From positions 1 to 59,758 of the forward strand of contig SHYH01000002.1 of the NCBI GenBank assembly GCA_009692865.1: a stretch of 59,758 bases of DNA, in the 5' to 3' direction. The position numbers and the translations under genes are program-made. Shown piece after piece: positions 28,429-38,800 of this stretch; within the stretch, counting starts at the first letter, position 1, and every line of letters starts with the position of its first letter. The notes below the pieces were generated by a model. The model saw only the letters and a program-made list of their open reading frames with translations. It was not told where the DNA came from and ran no database searches. This DNA is from Dehalococcoidia bacterium (GTDB lineage Bacteria > Chloroflexota > Dehalococcoidia > Lucifugimonadales > GCA-2717565).

Positions 28429-29409
28429 CTAGGGCCGGGCGTACACGTCCTGCTCCAGGGTCTCCAGGGATGGGACGGGGCTCTCGTCGGCGAACCTGAT
28501 CGCCTCCTCCACCACAGCCTCCGCCTGGGCCTCCATTCCGGCGACCTCCTCCTCCGTGAGAACCCTCTCCTCCAGCAGCAGGCCCCGAAAGGTGACGACG
28601 GGGTCCCGGTGTTCCCAGGCCTCCTCCTCCACCTGTTTGCGATATTCGCCCGAGTCCGCCATGGAGTGTCCCCGAAAGCGGTAGGTGCGGGCCTCCAGGA
28701 AGTAAGGCCCGTTGCCCTGCCGCACCCACTCCACCACCTCCTTGGCCGCCTGGTGGACCTCCAGAACGTCCATGCCGTCTATCTCGCGGGCGGGCATCTT
28801 GTAGTGCTCGGCGGCGCGGTAGACCTGGCGACCGCCCGCGAAGGAGCGGTCTATGGATGTGCCCATGCCGTACAGGTTGTTCTCTAAAAAGAAGACCACG
28901 GGCAGCTTCCACAGAGACGCCAGGTTCATGGCCTCGTGGAACTCCCCCTCGTTCAGGGCGCCGTCGCCGAAGAAGCAGAGGGCGACCTGGTCAGTGCCTT
29001 TATACTTGGCCGCCAGGGCCAGGCCCACGGCGATGGGAAGCTGCCCCCCCACGATGGCGTAGCCCCCCATGAAGTTGCGGGAGGCGTCGAACAGGTGCAT
29101 GGAGCCACCCCTCCCCTTGCTGCACCCCGTGGCCTTGCCGAACAGCTCCGCCATGACCGCCTTGGGGTCCATGCCCCGGGCCAGGGCGTGGCCGTGGTCG
29201 CGGTAGTGAGTGACGATGTAGTCCTGGGGCTGGAGGGCGGCGATGGCCCCCACGGCGATGGCCTCCTCGCCGATGTACAGGTGGAGGAAGCCGCGAATCT
29301 TCCCCTGCATGTACTGCTCCGATGACCGCTCCTCAAAGGTGCGGATAAGGAGCATCTGCCACAGGTACTCCCGCAGCTGCTCTTTGGTGGCCCGCTCTAC
29401 TGCTTTCAT
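28429..29409 (-). CDS. 2-oxoacid dehydrogenase E1 component alpha subunit (TPP-dependent)
   Basis: FLHLYIGEEAIAVG, FFGDGALNEGEFHEAMNLA, TYRFRGHSMADSGEYR. Confidence 0.9.
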   Translation of the reverse strand: MKAVERATKEQLREYLWQMLLIRTFEERSSEQYMQGKIRGFLHLYIGEEAIAVGAIAALQPQDYIVTHYRDHGHALARGMDPKAVMAELFGKATGCSKGRGGSMHLFDASRNFMGGYAIVGGQLPIAVGLALAAKYKGTDQVALCFFGDGALNEGEFHEAMNLASLWKLPVVFFLENNLYGMGTSIDRSFAGGRQVYRAAEHYKMPAREIDGMDVLEVHQAAKEVVEWVRQGNGPYFLEARTYRFRGHSMADSGEYRKQVEEEAWEHRDPVVTFRGLLLEERVLTEEEVAGMEAQAEAVVEEAIRFADESPVPSLETLEQDVYARP

Positions 29410-29422
29410 TACCGCACCCTAC

Positions 29423-29573
29423 TAACAGGTTGCTGAAAACCCTCTCGACCATCCCCCTTATCCCCCTTCCTTCCAGGAAGGGGGATAAGGGGGATTTATA
29501 TCTGGGGGATACCCCCATGCCCCCACCAAAGGGGCTTCGCCCCTCTGGACACCCCTTTCCCTCAGCCCCCCTA
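29423..29573 (-). repeat. MITE-like element family A, copy E; its terminus supplies the lpdA stop codon
   Basis: TAACAGGTTGCTGAAAACCCTCTCGACCATCCCCCTTATCCCCCTTCCTTCCAGGAAGGGGGATAAGGGGG...CCAAAGGGGCTTCGCCCCTCTGGACACCCCTTTCCCTCAGCCCCCCTA. CTA at 29571-29573 is the TAG of lpdA. Confidence 0.88.
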
Positions 29574-30956
29574 AATGTGCAAGGCCTCCCCGTTCACCGC
29601 CAGGGCCGCCTCCTTGACCACCTCCGACAGGGTGGGATGGGCATGGACCAGGAAACCCACCTCCGCCGCCGTCCCCTCCAGCAGGCGGGACATGGCGAGC
29701 TCGGGCAGCAGCTCTGTGACCTGGGGGCCAATGAGGTGGGCCCCGAGGATCCCCCCACTGCGAGCGTCGGCCACCACCTTGACCATGCCCTCGGACTCCC
29801 CCATGGCCAGGGCCTTGCCATTGGCGGCGAGAGGGAACTTGCCCACCTTCACCTGGTATCCCTGCTGCTTGGCCTGCTCCTCGGTGAGGCCAAAGCTGGC
29901 CACCTGGGGATGGCAGTAGGTGGCGCGAGGCATGAAGGCGTAGTCCACGGGTGGGACCTCTCGCCCTGCCAGGAGCTCCACCAGCATGACCCCCTGGGCG
30001 GAGGCCACGTGGGCCAGGGGCATGAGGCCCGTTACGTCGCCGATGGCGTAGACGCCAGGGACGTTGGTGGCCATGCTGCCGTCCACCTTGATAAACCCAC
30101 GCTCCACCTGCACCCCCGCCTCCTCTAGGCCCAGGCCCTCAGTGTTGCCCTGGATACCCACGGCCACCAGGACCTGGTCAGCCGCTAGCTCCTTCACCGC
30201 TCCATCCCTCGCCGCCACCTGTAACGTGACCCCCGCCGCTCCTACAGTGGCCCCCTTCACCTGCGTGCCGGTCAGCACCGTAATACCTTGCTTGGCAAAG
30301 GAGCGCTCCAGGAGACGGCTCACCTCTTCGTCCTCATTGGGGAGCAGGCGCGGCAGCAGCTCCAGCACCGTGACCTTGACACCGTAGGCGTTGAACAGGT
30401 AGGCGAACTCGCACCCCACTGCACCGCCGCCAACGATGGCCAGCGAAGAGGGTGGCCGGCGGAGCTCCAGCCCCTCACGACTGGTCAGCACCCGCTGGCC
30501 GTCGATGGGAAGCATGGGGAACGTGCGAGGCCTGGCCCCGGTGGCCAGGATGATCCAGCGGGCATCGACGCGCTGCCCTGACCCCTTGATCTCCAGGGTT
30601 CGAGGCCCTCGAAGGACGGCCTCCCCCTGAAGCAACGCCACCTGGTTCTTCTTCAACAGGGACTCCACGCCGCGGCGCAGGCGTTGCACCACCTGGCGGC
30701 TCCGGTCTACGGCCTTGGCGTAATCCAGGCGCAAGCCGTCAAAGGCGATGCCGAACTCGTCGGCGCGCTTGAGAAGGGAGACAAGCTCGGCGTTGAAGAG
30801 GAGAGCCTTGGAGGGGATACACCCCCAGTTGAGGCAGATGCCCCCAACCTGAGAGCGCTCCACCAGGGCCACCTTCAGGCCAAGTTGTGCCGCGCGGAGC
30901 GCAGCGACGTACCCCCCGGGGCCTGCGCCAACAATCGCCACTTCGTACTCAGGCAT
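29571..30956 (-). CDS. lpdA: dihydrolipoyl dehydrogenase (E3)
   Basis: YEVAIVGAGPGGYVAALRAAQLG, redox-active GGICLNWGCIPSK, C-terminal HAHPTLSE. Confidence 0.94.
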   Translation of the reverse strand: MPEYEVAIVGAGPGGYVAALRAAQLGLKVALVERSQVGGICLNWGCIPSKALLFNAELVSLLKRADEFGIAFDGLRLDYAKAVDRSRQVVQRLRRGVESLLKKNQVALLQGEAVLRGPRTLEIKGSGQRVDARWIILATGARPRTFPMLPIDGQRVLTSREGLELRRPPSSLAIVGGGAVGCEFAYLFNAYGVKVTVLELLPRLLPNEDEEVSRLLERSFAKQGITVLTGTQVKGATVGAAGVTLQVAARDGAVKELAADQVLVAVGIQGNTEGLGLEEAGVQVERGFIKVDGSMATNVPGVYAIGDVTGLMPLAHVASAQGVMLVELLAGREVPPVDYAFMPRATYCHPQVASFGLTEEQAKQQGYQVKVGKFPLAANGKALAMGESEGMVKVVADARSGGILGAHLIGPQVTELLPELAMSRLLEGTAAEVGFLVHAHPTLSEVVKEAALAVNGEALHI

Positions 30957-31001
30957 TCTGTCCCCACGTCAACAAGTCAGGGAGGCTACTCGTGACTATC
31001 T

Positions 31002-31159
31002 TAGCACGCTCCTAAAAGAATGCGGAAAAGAGGAGCGCAGAGGGGCGAAGCCCCTTTGACGGAGGTCTGGGGGTGTCCCCCAAATATAATCCCCACCCCC
31101 TTCCTGACCAGGAAGGGGGACAAGAGGGATGGTCGAAAGGGTTTTTCAGCATCCTGCTA
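31002..31159 (+). repeat. MITE-like element family A, copy F (left end degenerate); its terminus supplies the stop codon of the DUF35 gene
   Basis: ...GAATGCGGAAAAGAGGAGCGCAGAGGGGCGAAGCCCCTTTGACGGAGGTCTGGGGGTGTCCCCCAAATATAATCCCCACCCCCTTCCTGACCAGGAAGGGGGACAAGAGGGATGGTCGAAAGGGTTTTTCAGCATCCTGCTA. CTA at 31157-31159 is a TAG stop on the minus strand. Confidence 0.85.
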
Positions 31160-31573
31160 GCGGGCAGAGGCGGGCCGAAAGGCGAGGAGGGTGACCTCGG
31201 AGTCCGCGTCTTCAAACACCACCTCCAGGGCCATGCCGATGGTGAGCACACCGAGGTCGGCGGTAACTCCCCGGAGAAGGGCCATCAGGCGCATGCCCTC
31301 CTCCAGCTCCACCACCGCGATGACGGTAGGAGGCTCGTCGGAGCCGGGCGATGGCGAATGGCTGATCACGTAGCTATACAGGCTACCCTTGCCGCTCGCC
31401 TTGACCCACTCGAGCTGGGTGACTAAGCAACGCGGGCACATGGGCCGAGGAAAGAAGCGAAATGCGCCGCAGCCCAGGCAGCGAGGCACCAAAAGCTCGT
31501 GGCGCTTACACCCCTCCCAGAAGGGCTGGGCCTCGGGGGATGGTGGCGAGACAAAGCGCGTCGCCTGGGGCAC
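31157..31573 (-). CDS. Zn-ribbon + OB-fold protein (DUF35 family)
   Basis: FWEGCKRHELLVPRCLGCGAFRFFPRPMCPRCL (four-Cys ribbon), then an OB-fold-like SGKGSLYSYVISH. No thiolase/SCP-x partner is seen nearby. Confidence 0.75.
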   Translation of the reverse strand: MPQATRFVSPPSPEAQPFWEGCKRHELLVPRCLGCGAFRFFPRPMCPRCLVTQLEWVKASGKGSLYSYVISHSPSPGSDEPPTVIAVVELEEGMRLMALLRGVTADLGVLTIGMALEVVFEDADSEVTLLAFRPASAR

Positions 31574-31664
31574 AGCCCCTCCTCTCCCAGATATGGACTC
31601 CTCTGCCAGTCTATGCCTTCACAGACAAGGGCGTCAAGGAGAGGGCCCTAGATAAACTTGCGCC

Positions 31665-31693
31665 TTGACAGCAAGAGGGCCCTGGTGTATACC
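31665..31693 (+). promoter_or_regulatory. sigma70-type promoter of the B12-riboswitch/btu operon
   Basis: TTGACA (31665-31670), 17-nt spacer, TATACC (31688-31693). Confidence 0.5.
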
Positions 31694-31699
31694 AAAGGA

Positions 31700-31897
31700 C
31701 AGATGAAGTAACGGTGCTCCGACGCGAGTCGGGGCTTAAAGCGGAGTGCAAGTCCGGTGCAAGTCCGGCACAGTCCCGCTACTGTGATCCCGAGAGATCG
31801 GGAAAGTCAGAACGCCCGCCCTTACGACCTTCGCTGCCTCCGCGGAAAGGGGTAGGGTCAGGCGCTCAGGCCACCCACTCACGCGAGTGGGTTTTTC
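31700..31897 (+). promoter_or_regulatory. cobalamin riboswitch with terminator expression platform
   Basis: Core GGTGCAAGTCCGGCACAGTCCCGCTACTGT plus GGGAAAGTCAGAACGCCCGCC (B12-box-like). It ends in CCCACTC-acgc-GAGTGGG + TTTTT (31874-31896), directly upstream of a BtuF-like gene. Confidence 0.8.
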
Positions 31898-31947
31898 CTT
31901 GGCCCCCTCCTCCGACCTCGGCGGCGATCGTCAGAAGGAGGAAAGCC

Positions 31948-32883
31948 ATGCGCCTTCTCCAAACCTCAAGGAGCCTCCTGGCCCTGGCCCTGCTGGTTCT
32001 GGCCGCCGCCTGCGCCCAGCCGACGCCCACGCCCACCCCCACCCTACCCCCCTCCATCAGCGTGACCGACAGCGAGGGGACCATCGTACTGCTCCAGGCG
32101 CCACCCCGACGCATCGTGTCCCTGGGGCCCAGCAACACGGAGGTCCTCTACGCCCTGGGGGTGAGCGATCGGGTCGTCGGCGTGGACGACTACTCGGACT
32201 ACCCCCAGGAGGCCCAGTCGAAGCCCAAGGTGGGCTCGCCCTTTCCATCCTTCAACCTAGAGGTCATCCTGGCCCTGCAGCCGGACCTGGTGGTTTCGGT
32301 GCCCCTGGCCCAGTTCAACGATCAGCTCCGCTCCGCCGGACTCAAGGTGATCGTCCTTGACCCCCACGACCTGGATGAGGTCCTCTTCACCATCCTGCTT
32401 GCAGGCCGCGCCGTGGGCGTCGACTGGGCCTCCTGGGCGCTGGTGACGGCCATGCAGGGGCGCATCGAGGCAGTGGAGCAGCGGGTCAAGGATGCCGCCA
32501 AGGCCCGCGTGTTCTACGAGGTGGACGCCACCGATCCCGCCAAGCCCTACACCGCGGGCCCGGGCTCCTTCGTCCACAGCCTTGTCACCCTGGCAGGCGG
32601 CAAGAACATCTTCGAGGACGCCCAGGCCGCCTTCCCCCAGGTGAGCCTGGAGGTGGTGGTGGCTCGGGACCCGGAGGTCATCCTGCTGGGAGATGCCCTG
32701 GTGCCCTACAACCCCCAGACGCCCGAGATAGTGGCCGCGCGGCCTGGCTGGGAGATCATCACCGCGGTCAAAAAGGGAACTGTGATACCCGTGAACGGGG
32801 ACCTTACCACGCGGCCAGGCCCGCGCATCGTGGACGGCCTGGAGCTCATCGCCAAGACCCTCCATCCGGAGCTCTTCCCCTAA
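31948..32883 (+). CDS. btuF: periplasmic/lipoprotein substrate-binding protein of a cobalamin/siderophore-type ABC importer
   Basis: The ATG at 31948 follows AGGAGG. Lipobox LLVLAAAC. RIVSLGPSNTEVLYALGV is typical of the BtuF/FecB fold. B12 specificity is inferred from the riboswitch. Confidence 0.8.
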   Translation: MRLLQTSRSLLALALLVLAAACAQPTPTPTPTLPPSISVTDSEGTIVLLQAPPRRIVSLGPSNTEVLYALGVSDRVVGVDDYSDYPQEAQSKPKVGSPFPSFNLEVILALQPDLVVSVPLAQFNDQLRSAGLKVIVLDPHDLDEVLFTILLAGRAVGVDWASWALVTAMQGRIEAVEQRVKDAAKARVFYEVDATDPAKPYTAGPGSFVHSLVTLAGGKNIFEDAQAAFPQVSLEVVVARDPEVILLGDALVPYNPQTPEIVAARPGWEIITAVKKGTVIPVNGDLTTRPGPRIVDGLELIAKTLHPELFP

Positions 32884-33061
32884 GCAGGCAGGGCATGCCC
32901 TGCACCCACGCTACGAAAGGTGTTTCAGGGCAAGGGCTTGGGTTGAGGCAGCCTTGCACAAAAAGTCCCGGAGCGGAGGAGTTCAGAGGGGGCATGGGGG
33001 TGCCCCCTATAGCTAAAACCGCCCCCTTCCTTCTAGGAAGGGGGCTAGGGGGATGGTCGAA
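32881..33061 (+). repeat. MITE-like element family A, divergent copy G (btuF|btuC spacer)
   Basis: It starts at the btuF TAA (TAAGCAGGCAGGG...). The right half is canonical: GGGGGCATGGGGGTGCCCCCTATAGCTAAAACCGCCCCCTTCCTTCTAGGAAGGGGGCTAGGGGGATGGTCGAAG. Confidence 0.75.
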
Positions 33062-34150
33062 GTGAAAGAAGCTCAACGAGCGCCTGGGAGTCTTGCCGCC
33101 AAGGCCCGAAGACGAGCCAACCCCTGGGTGGTCTTTGCCCTTCTGGGGGGGCTGCTGGCGGCGGCGCTGGTAGCCGGGGCCACCATCGGCCCGGTGCCCC
33201 TGGCCCCGCTGACCTTGCTGCGAGCCCTGTTGGACCACCTGCCCCTGGTGGACCTGAAACCGTCGGCCACACCGGTGGAGGAGACCATCTTCTTCGCCAT
33301 TCGCCTGCCCCGGGTGGTGAGCGCCGCCCTGGTCGGGGCGGCCCTGGCCACCGCTGGGGCCCTGTTCCAGGGGCTCCTTCGCAACCCCCTGGCGGACCCC
33401 TACTTCATCGGCACCTCGGCGGGGGCCGCGGTGGGGGCCACCATAGCCCTGCTGCTGCCCTTCTCCGCTGCCGTGGCGGGACTTGGCCTCATCCCCCTGG
33501 CAGCCTTCGTGGGTGCCCTGGCAGCCGTCATGGCCGTGTACACCCTGGCCCACACCGAGGGGAAGGCGCCGGCCATCACCCTCCTGCTGGCCGGCTTCGT
33601 CGTGAGCGCCATGCTCATCGCCCTGATGACCCTCCTCATCACCCTCAACGACCGGCTCCAACTGAACCTCCGCCAGCTCTTCACCTTCCTGCTCGGCGGA
33701 TTTGGGGCCAGCGGCTGGAGGCCATTGGCGGTGGTGGCGCCCCTCATCCTGGGGTCCCTGTTGGCCACTCGCCTGTACGCTCATGTGCTGGACGCCTTCG
33801 CCGTGGGGGAGGAGGGCGCCGCTTCCCTTGGCGTCCAGGTGGAGCAGGCCAAGCTGATCATCATCGCCTTAGGCGCCCTCCTCACAGCGGCCGCCGTCAC
33901 CCTGAGCGGCCTGGTGGGGTTCGTAGGGCTCATCGTGCCCCATGCTGTCCGGATGGTGCTGGGGCCTCAGCACCGCACCCTCCTTCCGGCCTCGGCCCTG
34001 GCGGGCGCCTCCTTCCTAGTGGCGGCAGACATCCTGGCCCGTACGGTGCTAGCACCCACCGAGGTGCCGGTGGGAGTGATTACCGCCCTCCTCGGGGCCC
34101 CCTTCTTCCTCTATCTCCTCCGGAAGGGAGGAAAGCGGTATGCCTTCTAG
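33053..34150 (+). CDS. btuC: FecCD/BtuC-family ABC importer permease
   Basis: Multi-TM sequence with RLPRVVSAALVGAALATAGALFQGLLRNPLADPYFIGTSAGAA. The start is the ATG at 33053 or the GTG at 33062. Both lie in or at the MITE right end (GGGGGATGGTCGAAGTG). Confidence 0.85.
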   Translation: MVEVKEAQRAPGSLAAKARRRANPWVVFALLGGLLAAALVAGATIGPVPLAPLTLLRALLDHLPLVDLKPSATPVEETIFFAIRLPRVVSAALVGAALATAGALFQGLLRNPLADPYFIGTSAGAAVGATIALLLPFSAAVAGLGLIPLAAFVGALAAVMAVYTLAHTEGKAPAITLLLAGFVVSAMLIALMTLLITLNDRLQLNLRQLFTFLLGGFGASGWRPLAVVAPLILGSLLATRLYAHVLDAFAVGEEGAASLGVQVEQAKLIIIALGALLTAAAVTLSGLVGFVGLIVPHAVRMVLGPQHRTLLPASALAGASFLVAADILARTVLAPTEVPVGVITALLGAPFFLYLLRKGGKRYAF

Positions 34151-34946
34151 CGCCCCAGCCCTGGAGGCCAGGCAGGTGACCTTCGCCTATCCCGGCACTC
34201 CGGTCCTCCGCAGCGTCTCCCTGGCAGTGGAGAGCGGGGAGATGGTGGCCCTCCTAGGCCCCAACGCCTCGGGCAAGACCACTCTCCTTCGACTGCTGGG
34301 AGGCGCCCTCCAACCTCAGGGAGGGAAGGTCCTCCTGGACAGTGTGGCGCTCAAGGGGCTGCGGCGACGGGAGATCGCTCGCCAGGTGGCGGTGGTCCCT
34401 CAGCAGTTCACCATGCCCTTCGCTTTTACCGCCCAGGAGGTGGTGATGATGGGGCGGACCCCCTACCTCAGGCCCCTCAGCGGTCCTGGCCCAGCAGACC
34501 GGGAGGCGGTGATGGAGGCTTTGGAGACGATGGGCATGGCGCCGGTGGCCGACCGCTTCTTCAACGACCTCAGCGGCGGAGAGCGCCAGAAGGTGATGGT
34601 GGCCATGGCTCTGGCCCAGGGCCCCCAGGTCCTCCTTCTGGACGAGCCAACAGCCCACCTGGACATCCACGCCCAGATGGAGATCCTGGATCGAGTCAAG
34701 CGGCTGAACCAGGAGGGGCTCACCGTGGTGGCCGCCATGCACGACCTGAACCTGGCGGCGCTCTACTTCCCCCGACTGGTCCTGCTCCACCAGTGCACCG
34801 TTGCGGCCCAGGGGTCTCCCCAAGAAGTCCTCACCGGGGAGCGACTGCAGGCGGTGTACGGGGCCCAAGTGGCCCTCCACCCCCACCCCACGCTGGGCGT
34901 GCCCCAGGTGACCCTGCTGCCCCAGAACGGCTGGGGTGGCCGGTGA
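34140..34946 (+). CDS. btuD: ABC importer ATPase (FepC/BtuD type)
   Basis: Walker A GPNASGKTT, signature LSGGERQ, Walker B LLLDEPT. It overlaps the permease stop by 11 nt. Confidence 0.85.
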   Translation: MPSSAPALEARQVTFAYPGTPVLRSVSLAVESGEMVALLGPNASGKTTLLRLLGGALQPQGGKVLLDSVALKGLRRREIARQVAVVPQQFTMPFAFTAQEVVMMGRTPYLRPLSGPGPADREAVMEALETMGMAPVADRFFNDLSGGERQKVMVAMALAQGPQVLLLDEPTAHLDIHAQMEILDRVKRLNQEGLTVVAAMHDLNLAALYFPRLVLLHQCTVAAQGSPQEVLTGERLQAVYGAQVALHPHPTLGVPQVTLLPQNGWGGR

Positions 34947-35037
34947 AATCCCTCCACCTCTTGCTTCTGCGACTGGACGGTGCCAGAAGTTCTTGCTACT
35001 ATGAGAAAGCAGTAGTCCAAATGCTAGCTTTGGGGAC

Positions 35038-35874
35038 ATGAGCGACGAGGGACAACGCATGGCATCTGAACAGTTCAGTTTCAAGGGATTCGCGGAGCAG
35101 CCCTTCTACCAGGGGGTCAACCAGCGACTGGTAGACAGCCTTACCGTGAAGCCGGGCCAGCGCATCGTGGACCTGGCCTGTGGCACGGGGCTCCTCACCC
35201 GCCTGATCCTGGAGAGGCTACAAGGCGCCAAAGACACGCTGGTCATCGGCATTGATCAGTCGGCGGTTTCCCTGGGTCTGGCCATGCGTGACCTGAAAAG
35301 CGCACCAGGGGTGATGGTGCAGTTCGTGCAAACTCAGGTGGAGCACCTGTCCTCCACCGTGCAGGGGTCAGTGGACGCCGTTTTCCTCGGCAACGGAATC
35401 CACCTCATCCCTGACAAGAAGCAATTGGTCGCCGAGGTGTTTGGCATTCTTCGCCCTGGCGGCACCTTCGCCTTCAACTCCACCTTCTTCGAGGGAGGCG
35501 TCCCCCCGGAGAGCGAGCAGTATTATCGGCGCTGGATGTCCAAAGCCCTGCGCAGCCTCAAAAGCACCTACGGCCTCATGCCCCAAAGGAACAAGGTGGA
35601 GGCACGTCGGCAGCTCTCTCCCCAGGAGTACCGGGATATCCTTGAGCAGCAGGGCTTCTCGGTGACTAAACAGGAACTGGTCCCTGTAGAGTTCACCCTG
35701 GAGGGGCACCTGGGCATCGCCAGGTACGAGGACTTTGTGGCGGGCGCCATGCCCGGTGTTCCCCTGGAAATGGCGAGCCAGGTCCTGCAGGAGGCGGCCC
35801 GCCAGAGCTACGAGGAGCTAAAGCTAACCTTCGTACCCCGCAACTGGCTGCAGGTGGTAGCGGTGCGGCCCTAG
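35038..35874 (+). CDS. class I SAM-dependent methyltransferase
   Basis: Motif I RIVDLACGTGLLT and post-I/II VDAVFLGNGIHLI, LRPGGTFAF. Confidence 0.75.
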   Translation: MSDEGQRMASEQFSFKGFAEQPFYQGVNQRLVDSLTVKPGQRIVDLACGTGLLTRLILERLQGAKDTLVIGIDQSAVSLGLAMRDLKSAPGVMVQFVQTQVEHLSSTVQGSVDAVFLGNGIHLIPDKKQLVAEVFGILRPGGTFAFNSTFFEGGVPPESEQYYRRWMSKALRSLKSTYGLMPQRNKVEARRQLSPQEYRDILEQQGFSVTKQELVPVEFTLEGHLGIARYEDFVAGAMPGVPLEMASQVLQEAARQSYEELKLTFVPRNWLQVVAVRP

Positions 35875-35896
35875 GCGCAGGTTGTGCCCTGCCCGC

Positions 35897-38800
35897 TTAA
35901 CGCTTTTGCTGCGCGTCGGGAGTCACCCCTTCTCCCTGAAGGTACTCTCGAAGGGGCCTGATGCTGTAGCTGTTGGCGCCGTGGGCAAGGCTCTCCACCG
36001 CCGCTCGGGCCGTGTCCAGGGACGTGAAACAGGGGATGCGCCGTTCGGCGGCGGCCCTCCGGATTTCAAAGCCGTCCCGCAAGGGGCCCCGCTCGCCAGC
36101 CACCGTGTTGATCACCGCGTCCACCGTGCCGTCCATTACCACATCCAGGGCGTTGGGGTGCCCCTCCTCCAGCTTCTTGTAGATGATGGTGGCGGGATAC
36201 CCCAGGGCCTGGACCAGCTGGCCTGTGCCTCGCGTGGCGTACAGGGTAAAATCGGACTCTGCCAGACTTCTCAAAAGGGGAACGGATTCAGCCTTGTCAC
36301 GGTCGGCGATAGTCAGGAGCACGGCCCCCTTCGCGGGCAGAGAAAGGCCAGCCGCCAGGAGGGCCTTGGCCAGGGCAGCGGAAAAGGAGTAGTCAATCCC
36401 CATCACCTCGCCCGTGGACTTCATCTCAGGCCCCAGGTAGGTGTCCACGCCGGTAAGCTTCGACATCGAGAAGACCGGAGCCTTGATGGCCACCAGCTTC
36501 TGGGTCTTGCACAACCCCGACGCGTACCCCAGCTCGTGGAGGGTCTTGCCCAGCATCACCTGGGTGGCAAGGTGGACCACAGGCACCCCCGTCACCTTGG
36601 AAATGAAGGGCACCGTGCGGCTGGCCCGGGGGTTCACCTCCAGCACGTACACCGTGGAGGGGCCCCTGTGTTCAGCGGGAGCGGTGGGGCTGCGATACGG
36701 ATCGCCCCCCATGATGACGTACTGGACGTTCATGAGCCCCTTGACGCCCAGGGCCCGCCCGATGCGCAGGGTGTAGTCCACCAGGGTGCTGACCTCCTCC
36801 TCGGTGAGGGTGAGGCCGGGGTAGATGGCCATGGAGTCGCCGCTGTGGACCCCCGCCCGCTCCACGTGCTCCATGATGCCGGGGATGACCACCGTCTCCC
36901 CATCGCAGACGGCGTCCACCTCCACCTCTCGCCCCTCCAGGTACTTGTCGATGAGGACGTTGCGCCCCGGGCCAGCCGACAGGGCCATGCGAAGGTAGGA
37001 GACCAACTCGGTGGGGTTCTCTACGATCTCCATGGCGCGTCCCCCCAAAACGTAGCTGGGCCGTACAAGGAGGGGATAGCCCAGGTGCTGGGCCACGCTC
37101 AGGGCCTCCTCGATAGAGGTGACGGCGCTCCCTGGAGGCCGCGGGATGCCCAGGCGTCCCAGGAACCCCTCAAAGCGCCGCCTGTCCGATGCGATGTCAA
37201 TGGACTCGGCCGTGGAGCCAAGGATAGGCATGCCCGCCTGGGCCAGGGCCTGGGAGAGGTTAATGGCCGTCTGCCCCCCAAACTGCACCACCGATGGCGG
37301 ATAGACCACCTGCCCCTCAACGGTGAGGGCCTCGTTGTCCAAGATGTCCAGGACGCTCTCGGTGTCCAGGGGCTCGAAATACAGCCGGTCGGTGGTGTCG
37401 AAGTCGGTGGAGACGGTCTCCGGGTTGGAGTTGACCATGATGCTGGCCACCCCCTCCTCCTGGAGGGCCCAGGCAGCGTGGACGCTGCAGTAGTCGAACT
37501 CGATTCCCTGGCCGATGCGGATGGGGCCGCTGCCCAGGACCACCGCCTTGGGCCCAGGCAGGGGCTCCGCCTCGTTCTCCTGCTCGTAGGTGCTGTAGAA
37601 GTACGGGGTGGCCGCTTCAAACTCGGCGGCGCAGGTGTCCACCATCTTGTAGACGGGCTTCACGCCCCAGGTCTTGCGAAGCTCCCTCACCTCCTGGGGC
37701 CCCCGGCCTGTCAGGGCAGCCAGTTGCTCGTCAGAGAAGCCTTGGCGCTTGGCATCCTTCACAAGCGGCGCGTTCAAGGGCGCCGACCGCAGGCGATGCT
37801 CCATCTGGACGATGCGCCCTATGGCCCGAGTGAACCAGGAGTCAATGCCCGTCACCCGCGAGAGGTCCTCGGGGCTCGCCCCGCGGCGCAGACCAGCCGC
37901 GATGGCCCAGAGACGGAGGTCGTTGGGGTAGAGGGGAAGGCGCTCCAGGGCATCCTTCCTGGCTTCCTTCCAGGAGGGGTCCTCCCACAGGAGAGAACGG
38001 CCCTCGAACTCCAGGGAGCGAAGGGCCTTCTGAAGGGCCGCTTCGAAGGAGCGCTCGATGGCCATCACCTCGCCCGTGGCCTTCATCTGAGTCCCTATGC
38101 GGCGGTCACCCGTGGCGAACTTGTCGAAGGGCCAGCGAGGGATCTTCACCACGCAGTAGTCCAGGGCAGGCTCAAAGGCGGCCAGGGTCTGCCGTGTCAC
38201 GGCGTTGGGGATCTCGTCCAGGCGCTTGCCCACGGCGATCTTGGCTGCCACCCGCGCGATGGGATAGCCGGTGGCCTTGCTGGCCAGGGCGGAGCTGCGG
38301 CTGACGCGAGGGTTCACCTCGATGACATAGTAGGGGCGCTCCCACGGGCCCTTGTAGGCCATTCCCAAGGCCACCTCGGGCGACGGCGGCAGGGCGAACT
38401 GGACGTTGCACCCCCCCTCAATACCCAGGGCGCGAATGATGCGCAGGCTGGCGGAACGGAGCATCTGGTACTCCTTGTCCGTCAGCGTCTGGCTGGGGGC
38501 CACCACGATGCTATCGCCCGTGTGGACACCCATAGGATCCAGGTTCTCCATGTTGCAAACGGTGATGCAGTTGTCGGCGGCGTCCCGCATCACCTCATAT
38601 TCCAGCTCCTTCCACCCCTCCAGGGAACGCTCCAGGAGCAGCTGGTGGATGGGGCTGGCGGCGAGGCCGAGCCGCACGATGGCCTCCAACTCCTGCCAGG
38701 TGCGGGCCATGCCGCCGCCGGTGCCGCCCAGGGTGTAGGAGGGCCGCACCACCAGGGGGAGGCCCACCTCCTGGACCGCCTTCCGAGCCTCCTCCACGCT

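Noticed and set aside
27683-28912. N-terminal extensions of tracked ORFs: 409-aa ORF at 27683-28912, leuA to 11918, ilvC to 13124, E1beta to 27768, btuF from 31714, dmpA-like from 46083, pyrR to 44115, carB to 39307, gap to 16869.
   Set aside because: The extensions run through MITEs, riboswitch or terminator hairpins, or the neighbouring gene in another frame. Internal starts with good SD sequences give canonical N-termini.
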